Below, one piece after another: positions 20,465 through 30,624 of a stretch of 64,000 bases of DNA (positions are counted from its first letter, which is position 1; each line of letters begins with the position of its first letter). Position numbers and translations under genes: made by a program. The notes under the pieces are model-generated. The model did not search any database, was not told the origin of the DNA, and saw nothing but the letters and a program-made list of their open reading frames with translations. The DNA lies in NCBI GenBank assembly GCA_900764925.1, contig CAAFPW010000002.1, positions 7,563 to 71,562 on the forward strand, written 5' to 3'. Source of the stretch: Fusobacteriaceae bacterium. Its GTDB lineage: Bacteria > Fusobacteriota > Fusobacteriia > Fusobacteriales > Fusobacteriaceae.

Positions 20465-23089
20465 TTAATCCTTTTCCAACTGTTCTACTACCTGTTCTAT
20501 TTCATAATCTTGTAGCTGTTCCTTCCAGATTTTTAACTCCTCTTGTGAAATATCCTCAGGTTTCAAAGCTAATACATACTCTCCTATTGGAATATATTCC
20601 TCCTCATCAGCTGTATTAAAAGTTCCATCATCCATATATCTAAAGGTTTTTAAAATTTTACCATCACTATCTACATCACCCCAAATAAGAGTTTTAGCAA
20701 ATATATTCATAATTGGATTATCTACAAATATCTCTATCCAAGATTTTCTATTCCACTTTCTTCCTCTTTTTATAAAGTATTTTACTCTCCTCTTCTCCCT
20801 AGAAAGAAGATTTTTCAACTCATCCTTTATCTCCTCTACTAACCATCTACACTCTTTTACTTTTTTACTATCATCATTTTTACAGTTAGGTATATCTTTT
20901 AACTCTTCCCCATCTTCAGTATAATACTTAAATTTGAAATTATCAGTCAATTCTAAGATAATTTTTCTACTTCCTAAGTCTAAGCTCTGCCTTCCTCTAC
21001 TATCAAACCCTAAATTTGTGATAAATAGATCCCTAAAATCTGACTCTCCACACTTTGCAAACTCATGTCCTAAATCCAAAATTTCCTCTATAACTCTTCC
21101 TACACGTCCACTCTGATTTCTTGAAAATCTCTCAAACTCCACTAAAAACTCTTTATTCTTAGTTGCACACACTAGCTCAACTAAGAATTTAGTCAATCCA
21201 GGCTTAGAGGTATTTATCCAAATTTTACTCTCATAAAGAAGTTCACTTACAATTTTTTTATCAGCTACATAGGTCAAAGGAAGAAATATCATTTTATTTT
21301 TAGGAGTGGCTCCACTCTCCAACCATTTCTCATAAATTGTATAAAAGAGGTTTCTTATATCCTCTACATTAACCATATTTATTATTTTTTTAGTAATCAA
21401 ATCTATAGTTAAATCCCTGCTTTCCATAAGATTTACTACCATATATTTTATAACATCTTTAGAGATATATTCTGAAGAATCTTTTTTTCTTATCTTTCCA
21501 TAATCAATCTCATCTATAAAAATAACCTTTTTATCATAATCTTCAGAATAAAGCTTTTCAATTATTTTAAGAAAATACTCATCCTCCTCCATATACTCTA
21601 ACCTTCTCTTCTCCCAAACTCTCAACAGATATTTTATATTCTCTATCAGAGCTTTATCTTTTTCTTTTAGATACTCCTCTACTATTGAAGAGACTTCCTC
21701 TCTTTTTTCTAAGACTTCAACTATCTTTTCATTGGCTTTCTTTCTCTTAGCTTTCAGACTTCTAGCTAATTCCTCATAGGAAAAAACATTTTCCTCTCCA
21801 TATAGCAGATTTATAACTTCAACTAGAGCCTTATCTCCCATCTCATCAGATTTCATCCCTCTATATACTTCCTCTTTGTTCTCTAAAGCAAACTCTAAAA
21901 ATTCACTCTCCTCTTTTGAGAAAAAAGTATACAAAGTAGCTAGAGTCTCAAATTTTACTCCACACTTATAGAGAGCTTTAAATACATTTTTCTCCTCTGA
22001 TACTGAGTAACTTTTATATATATCTACTAACTCTTTTACAGGTTCAATAAAATTATTCTTAGCTGCAATATTTAAAAGTTTTACTCTATTTAGAGCTACT
22101 TTACTATAATCTAATATCATAAAAGCATAGATAATACTACTTACAAGGTATTCTAAAAAATCTTCCAAAGAGTTATATTTATATGAAATTTTTACATCAG
22201 AGTAGTTATCATCAGTATCATATAATCTCTTAGTATCAAATTTTACTCCTAACTCCTCTTTGTAAGCAATTTCACAAAACTCTACTAAATACTCTTCACA
22301 TTTTTTTATATATATTTCTCTCTTCACCTCTGATAGTTTTCCTGCCTTTGAAAGTACTGCAAATATAAAGGGATTTCCACTCTCAGCTAAAGATTTTTCA
22401 CTCTCTTCTATATGTCTTAAGATATACTTTCTTCCAATCTCTAGCCTAGATAACACACTCTCTGGAGTTTGAGATAGATAGTAAAATAAAACTTCTATTA
22501 TATGTAGAGGGGAAAATCCAAACTCTTCCTTAACCCTTATAGTTACTCCTAAATTATTACTGCAATAGAAATAAAAACTTATATCCCCATTAGCCATAGC
22601 TACCTTTATCCCATCAAAAAGAAGTTGAGAATAGTTTTTCACACTACTATCTATGAAATAGCCTGAAAAAAAGGAGTGACTTTTAATTAAAATCTCATCT
22701 GGTATCTTCACTCTCACTAGATTTTTATAATATTTTCCTGCTGTTTTACTATATTTATCAAATTCTTTCTCTATCTCCGTTTTATAAATTTTCTTCTCAT
22801 TTATATCTTTTAATAGATTATAGAACAACCATTCTACTCTTTTTATAGCTTCTTCTCTGTCTATTCCTAATTTTTCTCTTGTAGTCCCTTCATCAATAGC
22901 CTTATTCAAGAAAAGAAATATCACATCAAAGAATTCCATATAATCTTCATTCTGATAGTTGTTACAAAACTCTAAAATTAACTCTTTAGGAATTTTTTCC
23001 AAAGTCTCTTTAAATATTTTTTCCTTTTCACTAGAAAGGTGTGAGAGCTCTCTTAAACTTTTTATATATTCACGTAATTTTTCTTTCAT
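20465..23089 (-). CDS. DUF4132-like protein, paralog B (shorter C-terminus)
   Basis: Shares WLE.GA.PK, SKPGL, LGFD, IFVDNPIMNIFA.TLIW, FRYMDDGTFNT, WKEQLQDYE with paralog A. Confidence 0.78.
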   Translation of the reverse strand: MKEKLREYIKSLRELSHLSSEKEKIFKETLEKIPKELILEFCNNYQNEDYMEFFDVIFLFLNKAIDEGTTREKLGIDREEAIKRVEWLFYNLLKDINEKKIYKTEIEKEFDKYSKTAGKYYKNLVRVKIPDEILIKSHSFFSGYFIDSSVKNYSQLLFDGIKVAMANGDISFYFYCSNNLGVTIRVKEEFGFSPLHIIEVLFYYLSQTPESVLSRLEIGRKYILRHIEESEKSLAESGNPFIFAVLSKAGKLSEVKREIYIKKCEEYLVEFCEIAYKEELGVKFDTKRLYDTDDNYSDVKISYKYNSLEDFLEYLVSSIIYAFMILDYSKVALNRVKLLNIAAKNNFIEPVKELVDIYKSYSVSEEKNVFKALYKCGVKFETLATLYTFFSKEESEFLEFALENKEEVYRGMKSDEMGDKALVEVINLLYGEENVFSYEELARSLKAKRKKANEKIVEVLEKREEVSSIVEEYLKEKDKALIENIKYLLRVWEKRRLEYMEEDEYFLKIIEKLYSEDYDKKVIFIDEIDYGKIRKKDSSEYISKDVIKYMVVNLMESRDLTIDLITKKIINMVNVEDIRNLFYTIYEKWLESGATPKNKMIFLPLTYVADKKIVSELLYESKIWINTSKPGLTKFLVELVCATKNKEFLVEFERFSRNQSGRVGRVIEEILDLGHEFAKCGESDFRDLFITNLGFDSRGRQSLDLGSRKIILELTDNFKFKYYTEDGEELKDIPNCKNDDSKKVKECRWLVEEIKDELKNLLSREKRRVKYFIKRGRKWNRKSWIEIFVDNPIMNIFAKTLIWGDVDSDGKILKTFRYMDDGTFNTADEEEYIPIGEYVLALKPEDISQEELKIWKEQLQDYEIEQVVEQLEKD

Positions 23090-23195
23090 AAACCCCCTCC
23101 ATCAATTTGGCTATTATTGATACTTTTAAATATTTTTTCTCTATATTCCTATTATATAATATATTTTATTTTTTTTCTTAAATTTTATATAAAAA

Positions 23196-23219
23196 GGAGA
23201 AGTAATTTTTTACTTCTCC
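23196..23219 (-). terminator. Intrinsic terminator after AbgT gene
   Basis: Perfect 10-bp stem GGAGAAGTAA/TTACTTCTCC followed by a U-run on the minus strand. Confidence 0.75.
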
Positions 23220-23246
23220 AAAAGATAAATTTCATTATATTTTTTA

Positions 23247-24785
23247 TTATAGATGGATAGCGATTCCGGGTCCTATTGGTAATCCTATTAAGAACCAAAC
23301 TACCATAAGCATTGTCCAACCAATTAAGAAACACATTGAGTATGGAAGCATTAGAGAGATAAGAGTTCCCATTCCACCATCTTTTTTATATTTTTGCATA
23401 AATGCCACAGCCATAGCAAAGTAAGACATAAGTGGAGATATGATGTTTGTTGATGAATCTCCTATTCTGTAAGCTAACTGAGTAAATTCAGGTGTATATC
23501 CCAATTGCATAAGCATAGGTACGAATACTGGTGCCATAATTGCCCATTTAGCTGAAGCTGATCCCATGAATAGATTGATGAATCCTGTTAAGAAAATGAA
23601 AGCTACTATCAATGGTAATCCTGTAAATCCTATTGATTTTAAAGTGTCAGCTCCGTTTACAGCTATTACTGTTCCTAAATTTGTATATCCAAAGTATGCT
23701 ATAAATTGAGATGCTGTAAATACGATAGCCATGTATCCACCCATTCCAGCTAGAGCTTTAGACATTAATTTAGCTACATCTTTATCATTTTTTATAGTTC
23801 CTGCTACATATCCATAAACTATACCAGGTAGTAAGAAGAATAACATCATTGATGTGATAAGTCCATTTGAAGTCCAAGCTTTAAGAGTTCCATTTTCTCT
23901 AAATACTGCATTCTCTGGAATAGTACATACAGCCATTATAATAACAAATATTATCATTACTACGAAAGCTGCTTTTAAACCTTTTTTCTCCTCTGGAGAG
24001 ATAGTTGTCATATCTACTTCATGCTCTCCTTCATATTTACCAAGTCTTGGCTCTATAACTTTCTCTGTTATAAATGTTCCTAAAGCTGTGATTAAGAAAG
24101 TTGATACAAACATGAAATAGTAGTTAGCTGTTGCAGCTACAAAGTAATTGTGATCTAAAAGTCTTGCTGCCTCTGTTGTAATTCCTCCAAGTAATGGGTC
24201 AGTTGTTCCTAATAAAAGGTTGGCAGAGAATCCTCCAGATACCCCAGCAAAAGCTGCTGCAAGTCCAGCAAGTGGATGTCTTCCAAAAGATAAAAAGATA
24301 ACTGCTCCAAGTGGAACTAACACAACATATCCAGCATCAGAAGCTATATTTGACATAACTCCAGCAAATACAACCACAGCTGTAATAGCTCTTTTTGGAG
24401 TTGAAGTAACTATCTTCTTAATAAGTACTGACATAAGTCCACTACCTTCACATACACCTATACCAATAACCCCTATCAAAACTGTTCCTAATGGTGCAAA
24501 TCCAGTAAAGTTCTTAATCATAGAGTTAAATATATATCTAACTCCAGCTGCTGTTGTAAGTGATTTTACCTGTACAGTTGTTTCCTCAAAATTTCCTGTT
24601 GCTTTATTTAAAGCTTCATATGTAACTGACATTCCCATCTTTGCTGCTATTCCTGAAATAAGTATAATAGCTACACAAAATAAGAAGAATAGAGTTACTG
24701 GATGAGGTAATTTATTTCCTCCTACCTCAATAAAATCTAGAAACTTGTTAACAAAACCTTTTTTTTCAGTAGTTTGTTTCTCCAT
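23247..24785 (-). CDS. abgT: AbgT-family transporter
   Basis: GNKLPHP, NFTGFAPLG, GRHPLAG, SASAKW, YRIGDSSTNIISP. Confidence 0.92.
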   Translation of the reverse strand: MEKQTTEKKGFVNKFLDFIEVGGNKLPHPVTLFFLFCVAIILISGIAAKMGMSVTYEALNKATGNFEETTVQVKSLTTAAGVRYIFNSMIKNFTGFAPLGTVLIGVIGIGVCEGSGLMSVLIKKIVTSTPKRAITAVVVFAGVMSNIASDAGYVVLVPLGAVIFLSFGRHPLAGLAAAFAGVSGGFSANLLLGTTDPLLGGITTEAARLLDHNYFVAATANYYFMFVSTFLITALGTFITEKVIEPRLGKYEGEHEVDMTTISPEEKKGLKAAFVVMIIFVIIMAVCTIPENAVFRENGTLKAWTSNGLITSMMLFFLLPGIVYGYVAGTIKNDKDVAKLMSKALAGMGGYMAIVFTASQFIAYFGYTNLGTVIAVNGADTLKSIGFTGLPLIVAFIFLTGFINLFMGSASAKWAIMAPVFVPMLMQLGYTPEFTQLAYRIGDSSTNIISPLMSYFAMAVAFMQKYKKDGGMGTLISLMLPYSMCFLIGWTMLMVVWFLIGLPIGPGIAIHL

Positions 24786-24941
24786 TTTCCCTCCTAAAAT
24801 ATTATATATTTTTCTATTTTTGAACTTTTTCTTTATAAAAAGAATGGTTAGTTCATTCAGATTATACTTTATATTACAAATAAAATCAACAAAAATTTTC
24901 AGAATTTTAAAAATTTCTTTCTTTTATTTGATAAATATACA

Positions 24942-24950
24942 TGTTATAAT
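24942..24950 (+). promoter_or_regulatory. Extended -10 promoter of aroK operon
   Basis: TGTTATAAT 20 nt upstream of the aroK start. Confidence 0.55.
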
Positions 24951-24969
24951 ATTTTCTAAGGAGGAGTAG

Positions 24970-25485
24970 ATGAAAGATAATATTGCACTTATAGGGTTTA
25001 TGGGAAGTGGTAAAAGTACCATAGGAAAGATACTAGCTAAATACATGGATATGAAATTTATTGATATAGATAAAATGATTGCTGCTCGTGAGAAAAAAAC
25101 TATTCCTGAAATTTTTGCTGAGAAGGGGGAGCAATATTTTAGAAAATTAGAAAGAGATATTGTCTTTGAAGAATCTCTTAACAATAATATTGTTATTGCT
25201 ACTGGCGGAGGAGTCATCATTGACAATGAAAACATAAAAAATCTTAAAGAATCCTCTTTTATTGTCTATCTCGATTGTACCATTGAGTGCATATATGAAA
25301 GAGTAAAAAATAGCAAATCTCGTCCCCTTCTCAATGTGGAAAACATGTTTGAAAAGATACAGGAACTTCATCAAAAAAGAGAGTTATTATATAAGATATC
25401 TAGTGATTTTACTGTAAAAATAGATATAGATAGTAATATGTATGATACAGCTGAAAAAATAAAAAAAGCATATATAGAAAGCTAA
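24970..25485 (+). CDS. aroK: Shikimate kinase
   Basis: [24 protein letters not shown]. Confidence 0.96.
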   Translation: MKDNIALIGFMGSGKSTIGKILAKYMDMKFIDIDKMIAAREKKTIPEIFAEKGEQYFRKLERDIVFEESLNNNIVIATGGGVIIDNENIKNLKESSFIVYLDCTIECIYERVKNSKSRPLLNVENMFEKIQELHQKRELLYKISSDFTVKIDIDSNMYDTAEKIKKAYIES

Positions 25486-25501
25486 TAAGGAGTTGATTAC
25501 T

Positions 25502-26284
25502 ATGTTTAATGAAAGTAGAGTTAATGGAAAGATTGCTTTAGTTACTGGGGGAACAAGTGGAATTGGAAAATCTTGTGCAATAGCTTTGGCTAAACTTGGA
25601 ATGAATGTCATCATAACTGGGAGAAGAGAAAATCTTTTAGAAGATGTAAAAAAAGAGTTAGAAGAGAGATATTCAGTTAAATCTTTAGCTATAAAATTAG
25701 ATGTAAGAGATCCTCAAGAGGTAAAAGAAAAGTTAGGAAATCTACCTACTGAATGGAAGGATATAGATGTTCTTATAAATAACGCTGGTTTAGCTTTAGG
25801 ACTAGATAAACTTTATACAAATACAGCTGAGGATATTTCAACTGTTATAGATACAAATGTTAAAGGACTTTTATATGTTACAAACACAGTTGTACCACAT
25901 ATGATAGAGAGAGATGTTCCAACTACTATTATCAACATAGGATCTGTTGCTGGTGATTCAGCATATGCTGGTGGAGCTGTATATTGTGCTTCTAAAGCAG
26001 CTGTTAAAATTTTATCTGATGGACTTAGAATAGATTTAGTAGATACTAAAATCAAAGTAACTGATGTAAAACCTGGGCTTGTAGAAACTGATTTTAGTAA
26101 GGTAAGATTTAAAGGGGATGAAGAGAGAGCTAAAAAAGTTTATCAAGGAATTGAGCCTTTAACTCCAGATGATGTAGCTGAAACAGTTGCCTATATAGCA
26201 AATCTTCCTGCTAATGTCCATATCGCTGAGATCACTATGTTATGTAACAATCAAGCTGACGGACGTACAATTTATAAAAGATAA
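25502..26284 (+). CDS. NADP-dependent SDR oxidoreductase (YdfG-like)
   Basis: TGGTSGIG, NNAGLALG, YCASK, PGLVETDFS.VRF. ATG 25502 follows AAGGAG (track start 25493). Confidence 0.88.
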   Translation: MFNESRVNGKIALVTGGTSGIGKSCAIALAKLGMNVIITGRRENLLEDVKKELEERYSVKSLAIKLDVRDPQEVKEKLGNLPTEWKDIDVLINNAGLALGLDKLYTNTAEDISTVIDTNVKGLLYVTNTVVPHMIERDVPTTIINIGSVAGDSAYAGGAVYCASKAAVKILSDGLRIDLVDTKIKVTDVKPGLVETDFSKVRFKGDEERAKKVYQGIEPLTPDDVAETVAYIANLPANVHIAEITMLCNNQADGRTIYKR

Positions 26285-26300
26285 TTTTAAGGAGTTCAAA

Positions 26301-26495
26301 TTGGAAAAATATTTAATTAGTAAAGAGGAAAAAGAAAGTTATTTAAAGGAGTATCCTGTTTTAGAGTGTGAGCACTCTATCGGAATCGATTATGATGGGT
26401 ATGTTTCAGTAAAATGTAAAAAATTAACTGGAACTTGTACATATAAAAACTCTTCTAAAAATGAGTATCTAAATTGTAAAGTATTAAATAAATAG
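26301..26495 (+). CDS. Small 4-Cys hypothetical protein (64 aa, TTG start)
   Basis: AAGGAG RBS 6 nt before TTG 26301; followed by a terminator. Confidence 0.55.
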   Translation: MEKYLISKEEKESYLKEYPVLECEHSIGIDYDGYVSVKCKKLTGTCTYKNSSKNEYLNCKVLNK

Positions 26496-26506
26496 AGAGT
26501 TTAAAT

Positions 26507-26546
26507 AAAAGAGGCTATGTAAGTTTTATATTACAAGCCTCTTTTT
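26507..26546. terminator. Bidirectional terminator between small Cys ORF and alr
   Basis: AAAAGAGGCT(A)TGTAA...TTACAAGCCTCTTTT inverted repeat. Confidence 0.75.
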
Positions 26547-26553
26547 TCTTAAG

Positions 26554-27603
26554 TTATTTTATTACTCTTTCTATTCTTGGATTTAAAATTGTCAACATCT
26601 CATATATATTCATCTTATTATGAGCTACAACCTTACTGATATCATGATATAAAACTACCCTATCTCCCTCTTTTACACTGGAATCTACCTCAATAAAAGT
26701 ATTATCCATAGAAACTAGAGCAACAGGAAACTCCTTATTATTTATAAGACAATTCCCTCCCTCATTGACTTTTAAATATCCATCAGCATAACCTATCTTT
26801 ATCTTCGCTATATATTTTGCCCCTACAAAACCTAGCTCCTCTTTTGTTCCATAGGCTATATATTTATTGTGAGAGATATCTCTTACCCCTGCTACCTCTC
26901 CCTCCAATGAGAATACCTGTCTTAAATTAGGATCAAAGAATCCCACCTCTTGTAATCCATAGATTAACATTCCTGTTCTTATATGAGTTACATACTCACA
27001 ATCAAAATTTAAAATTCCTGCACTATTTTGAAGATGTATCATTTCAAATCTATCTCTTCCTAAGTTATTTAAAATTCCTCCAAAAATAGTTATATACTCC
27101 AACCCCTCTTCATAATTTACAGAAAATAAATGGGAATAGATACCTCTAAATTTCAGGTCTCTAGCCTCGATATAATTTTTTAGCTCTTCAATGTCCTCAA
27201 GCAGTACTCCATTTCTTCCAAAACCAAAGTCTATTTTTAATTGTATTCTTTCACTCTCTATTCCAAACTCAACCAATTTTTTTAATTCATCTAAGGTATT
27301 GGCACTTACCTCTATCTCTTTTTTATCCTTTACAAGAGAAAAATCCCCTATACTTTCAAAAATTAGGATTCTAACCCCCGATAATCCCATTTTTAAAATT
27401 CTCTCTGCCTCTACATATCTAGCTACTGCAAACTCCCTCTGTCCACTCTCATAAAGAATCCCCACTATCTCCTCCATTCCATGTCCATAGGCATTTGCTT
27501 TTACAACAGATAAAACTTTTTTCCCCTTGTATCTTTGCAGATACTCCATATTGTGGATAAGATTTTCCCTGTTTAAATACAACTTCATAGAATTTGCTAC
27601 CAT
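26554..27603 (-). CDS. alr: Alanine racemase
   Basis: VVKANAYGHG PLP-lysine motif, GYADG, VSMD. Confidence 0.88.
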   Translation of the reverse strand: MVANSMKLYLNRENLIHNMEYLQRYKGKKVLSVVKANAYGHGMEEIVGILYESGQREFAVARYVEAERILKMGLSGVRILIFESIGDFSLVKDKKEIEVSANTLDELKKLVEFGIESERIQLKIDFGFGRNGVLLEDIEELKNYIEARDLKFRGIYSHLFSVNYEEGLEYITIFGGILNNLGRDRFEMIHLQNSAGILNFDCEYVTHIRTGMLIYGLQEVGFFDPNLRQVFSLEGEVAGVRDISHNKYIAYGTKEELGFVGAKYIAKIKIGYADGYLKVNEGGNCLINNKEFPVALVSMDNTFIEVDSSVKEGDRVVLYHDISKVVAHNKMNIYEMLTILNPRIERVIK

Positions 27604-27660
27604 TGTATCCCTCCTAATTTTTTCCCTAAATATTTCGTTATTATCATTATACTATATTTT

Positions 27661-29016
27661 TTATCTTTTTAATACTGATCTCCATGAAGTTTTAGTTACT
27701 AAATAATAGAATAAAAATCCTGCCACATAGTTAGAAACTAAATTTCCCCAAAATACAGAATCAACTCCTAACCATCTCTTAGTCATCAATATAAATATAT
27801 ATCTTATGAACCATACTCTCAAAATTCCCATAAGAAGAGGCATTCTTGTTCTTCCCAATCCAATGAAAGCTCCTTGAGAAACCATATAGATACCAAACCC
27901 TATTATTGAAAATGTATAAATTTTCAAAGAGTGATCTGCTAAATTCACTATTGTTTCATTATCTTGGAAAAGTCTTACCAAATAATTACTACTAGGTAGG
28001 AATAAGATTATAATAATCAAAGAGATTATCAAACTTACTCTACAACCATATATAAAAGATTTTTTTGCGTTTTTAGGTTTTCTTGCTCCTATATTCATAC
28101 TTACCATAGTTGTTACAGTAGTTCCAATGGAAGATGGAAGGTTAAAACACATAGCATTTATATTACTTGCTATTGTTTGAGCAGTCAAAACATAAGCTCC
28201 ATATTTCTCAACTTCCATATTTATTAAAAAGAATCCGAAGTTAATAAGTGAGTAGGTTATCATAGTCGGAAGAGCTAATACTAACAATCTCTTTAACAAT
28301 GGAAAATCAAAAGAGAACCCTTTTAATTCCAATCTTGTCATACTCTCTTTAACAAATAGATCATAGTACATCCAAATAGCAATTATTATATATGAACATA
28401 GAGAAGCCATTACAGCTCCTATTACTCCCCAATGTAAAACAGCTAAGAATAGAGTATTAAATATTATTTTTAAAAGTAACAGTATTATCATTCTAATCAA
28501 GGTTGCCTCTGGTTGTCCAGTAGCATTCTTTATAGCGTTGAAAATAGCTGCCATAAATAGCATAGGTATTACTATGGCATACAGAGTAAGATATAAAAAT
28601 ACATCATAAGCTATCTCTGGACTAATATTTTTAGTAACTACAGAAGCAAAAATAATTGAAGTGGGTGCCACAATCAATCCTATAATAAAGGAAAATACCA
28701 TTATCTGAGTAGAAACTTTTTTTACCCGTTCTAAATCCCCTGTCCCGTTTATCTGTCCTACGATAGCCATAGAAGCCACTCCCAACCCCTGTGAAAGAGC
28801 ATTTATTATGTTTATAATAGGCTGTCCAAATCCTACAGCAGCAGCTACCAAATATCCTGAAGTTCTATTTAAAAATAGTCCATCAGATAGGGGTATAAGA
28901 GATTGTACCATTCCCATCAGAAGAGTAGGAAAAGAAAGAAACAATAATGTGTTAAGAATATTTCCGTTTAATATCATTTCACGACGTTTCTCAACATTAT
29001 TAGATAGAAATTTCAT
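27661..29016 (-). CDS. MATE-family efflux transporter
   Basis: About 12 TM with internal duplication; GVIGAVMAS, SMNIGA, FWGNLVSN. Confidence 0.88.
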   Translation of the reverse strand: MKFLSNNVEKRREMILNGNILNTLLFLSFPTLLMGMVQSLIPLSDGLFLNRTSGYLVAAAVGFGQPIINIINALSQGLGVASMAIVGQINGTGDLERVKKVSTQIMVFSFIIGLIVAPTSIIFASVVTKNISPEIAYDVFLYLTLYAIVIPMLFMAAIFNAIKNATGQPEATLIRMIILLLLKIIFNTLFLAVLHWGVIGAVMASLCSYIIIAIWMYYDLFVKESMTRLELKGFSFDFPLLKRLLVLALPTMITYSLINFGFFLINMEVEKYGAYVLTAQTIASNINAMCFNLPSSIGTTVTTMVSMNIGARKPKNAKKSFIYGCRVSLIISLIIIILFLPSSNYLVRLFQDNETIVNLADHSLKIYTFSIIGFGIYMVSQGAFIGLGRTRMPLLMGILRVWFIRYIFILMTKRWLGVDSVFWGNLVSNYVAGFLFYYLVTKTSWRSVLKR

Positions 29017-29120
29017 AAAAACCTCACCTTCCAGTATATTTTTTTCAAGATGTTATATATTTACTATCCTATCATATTTTTTAATCAAATAGAAGAGATT
29101 ATTGTAGCTAAAAATAAAAA

Positions 29121-29168
29121 AAATTCAAGAGCTTGTTAAGATAAAATTTATAACAATCTCTTGAATTT
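29121..29168 (-). terminator. Terminator after alanine/glycine symporter
   Basis: 17/18 inverted repeat AAATTCAAGAGCTTGTTA / TAACAATCTCTTGAATTT with U-tail on the minus strand. Confidence 0.75.
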
Positions 29169-29183
29169 CTAACATATTAATTT

Positions 29184-30515
29184 TTACTTATTGAAAAATC
29201 TTTTCTCATAATCTTTTAAACTCTCAAGTGCTTTTGAAACCAAAGGAAAAACTCCAATCATGTTTACAATTGTCATAAGTCCTAGACCTAAGTCTGCTAA
29301 ACTCCACACTAGGAAATTTTGTCTAATTCCTCCCCAGTATAACATGATCAATGTAAAAATTTTAAAAGCTTCTTGTGGCCACTCCTTCTCACATAAAAAG
29401 TATAGATTTGGTTTAGCATAGAAACTTATTCCTAAAATTGTACTGAAAGAGAAAAGGAATAAAATTATAGCTGTAAAGATAACTCCCCACTCTCCAACAT
29501 GATATCTAAAAGCCTCTTGAAGTAGTGTCATTCCACCTAATCCCTCTTGTACATGTCCTTTTGATAAAAGGATTACAAAGGCAGTAGCACTACAAATTAC
29601 AACTGTATCCACTAAAACTCCTAACGCTTGGATAAGTCCTTGTTTAGCTGGATGTTCTACCTCAGCCGCCGCTGCTGCACATGGAGCCGAACCAGAACCA
29701 GCCTCATTAGAGAAAAGCCCTCTCTTTACTCCCTCCATTACAACACTACCAAAAGTTCCTCCTAAAAACTGTTTTACTCCAAAAGCATGTTGAAATATAT
29801 CTACCATAGTTTCAGCCATAAGTCCCATATTTTTAATTATAATATAGAAAACTACTATCAAGTATAGTGCAGCCATAAAAGGAACCATCTTATCTAAAAC
29901 TTTTACTATCTTATTTCTATTTCCAAATAACACTCCGGCTGATAATACTACCAATATTAATGATGTTATGCTTGTATTCATTCCAAAGGCTGTATTGAAA
30001 GATTCTGTAACAGAGTTAGAGATTACTTGGAAAACTCCTCCCCAACAGATTAGAGCAAATATTACAAATAGTACTCCCAATCCTTTTTGATTAAGTCCTT
30101 TTTTCAAAAAGTAAGGAGCTCCTCCTCTGTATCCTCCATGTGGATCTTTCTCTCTATAAAGTATTGCAATAGTTGATTCTACAAACGCTGTTGATGAGTT
30201 CAAAAGAGCAACTACCCACATCCAAAATACAGAACCAGGACCACCAACAGAAACAGCTGCAACAACTCCAGCTAGATTTCCTACTCCTACCCTTGAAGCT
30301 GTACTGATACAAAAAGCTTGGAAAGATGAAACTTGATCTTTTCCAACCTTAGACTTCTCAGTTAAAAGTTGACACATATGTGCAAATAATCTAAATTGTA
30401 CTCCCCTAGTTCTAATAGTAAATATTATCCCACTTACAACCAACAGGACTACTAATAGATTTTTGTTCCACATAACTCCATTAATAACATTGACTAAATT
30501 TTCAAAAAAATTCAT
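29184..30515 (-). CDS. Alanine/glycine:cation symporter (AGCS family)
   Basis: SRVGVGNLAGV, GGPGSVFWMW, RGLFSNEAGSGS. Confidence 0.93.
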   Translation of the reverse strand: MNFFENLVNVINGVMWNKNLLVVLLVVSGIIFTIRTRGVQFRLFAHMCQLLTEKSKVGKDQVSSFQAFCISTASRVGVGNLAGVVAAVSVGGPGSVFWMWVVALLNSSTAFVESTIAILYREKDPHGGYRGGAPYFLKKGLNQKGLGVLFVIFALICWGGVFQVISNSVTESFNTAFGMNTSITSLILVVLSAGVLFGNRNKIVKVLDKMVPFMAALYLIVVFYIIIKNMGLMAETMVDIFQHAFGVKQFLGGTFGSVVMEGVKRGLFSNEAGSGSAPCAAAAAEVEHPAKQGLIQALGVLVDTVVICSATAFVILLSKGHVQEGLGGMTLLQEAFRYHVGEWGVIFTAIILFLFSFSTILGISFYAKPNLYFLCEKEWPQEAFKIFTLIMLYWGGIRQNFLVWSLADLGLGLMTIVNMIGVFPLVSKALESLKDYEKRFFNK

Positions 30516-30550
30516 AAAATTCTCCTTCTTAACTATTTTAATATATAAAA

Positions 30551-30624
30551 AACGACTGTATTAAGTTAATCCCAGAATTGTTCTACTAAAAGAATAACCC
30601 TAAATTAATCTTAATTCAGTCGTT
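30551..30624 (-). terminator. Long hairpin/terminator between tRNA sulfurtransferase-like gene and AGCS gene
   Basis: AACGACTGTATTAAGTTAAT ... ATTAATCTTAATTCAGTCGTT (~20-bp imperfect stem), U-run on the minus strand. Confidence 0.65.

Noticed and set aside
9809..23246. att sites/direct repeats flanking the AAA-VWA operon as a mobile island
   Set aside because: No flanking direct repeat or mobility gene found; accessory status remains an inference.
29121..29168. Shared AAATTCAAGA arm between this hairpin and the lysS terminator (50355)
   Set aside because: Only ~10-11 AT-rich bases are shared and the inner stems differ; insufficient to call a repeat family.
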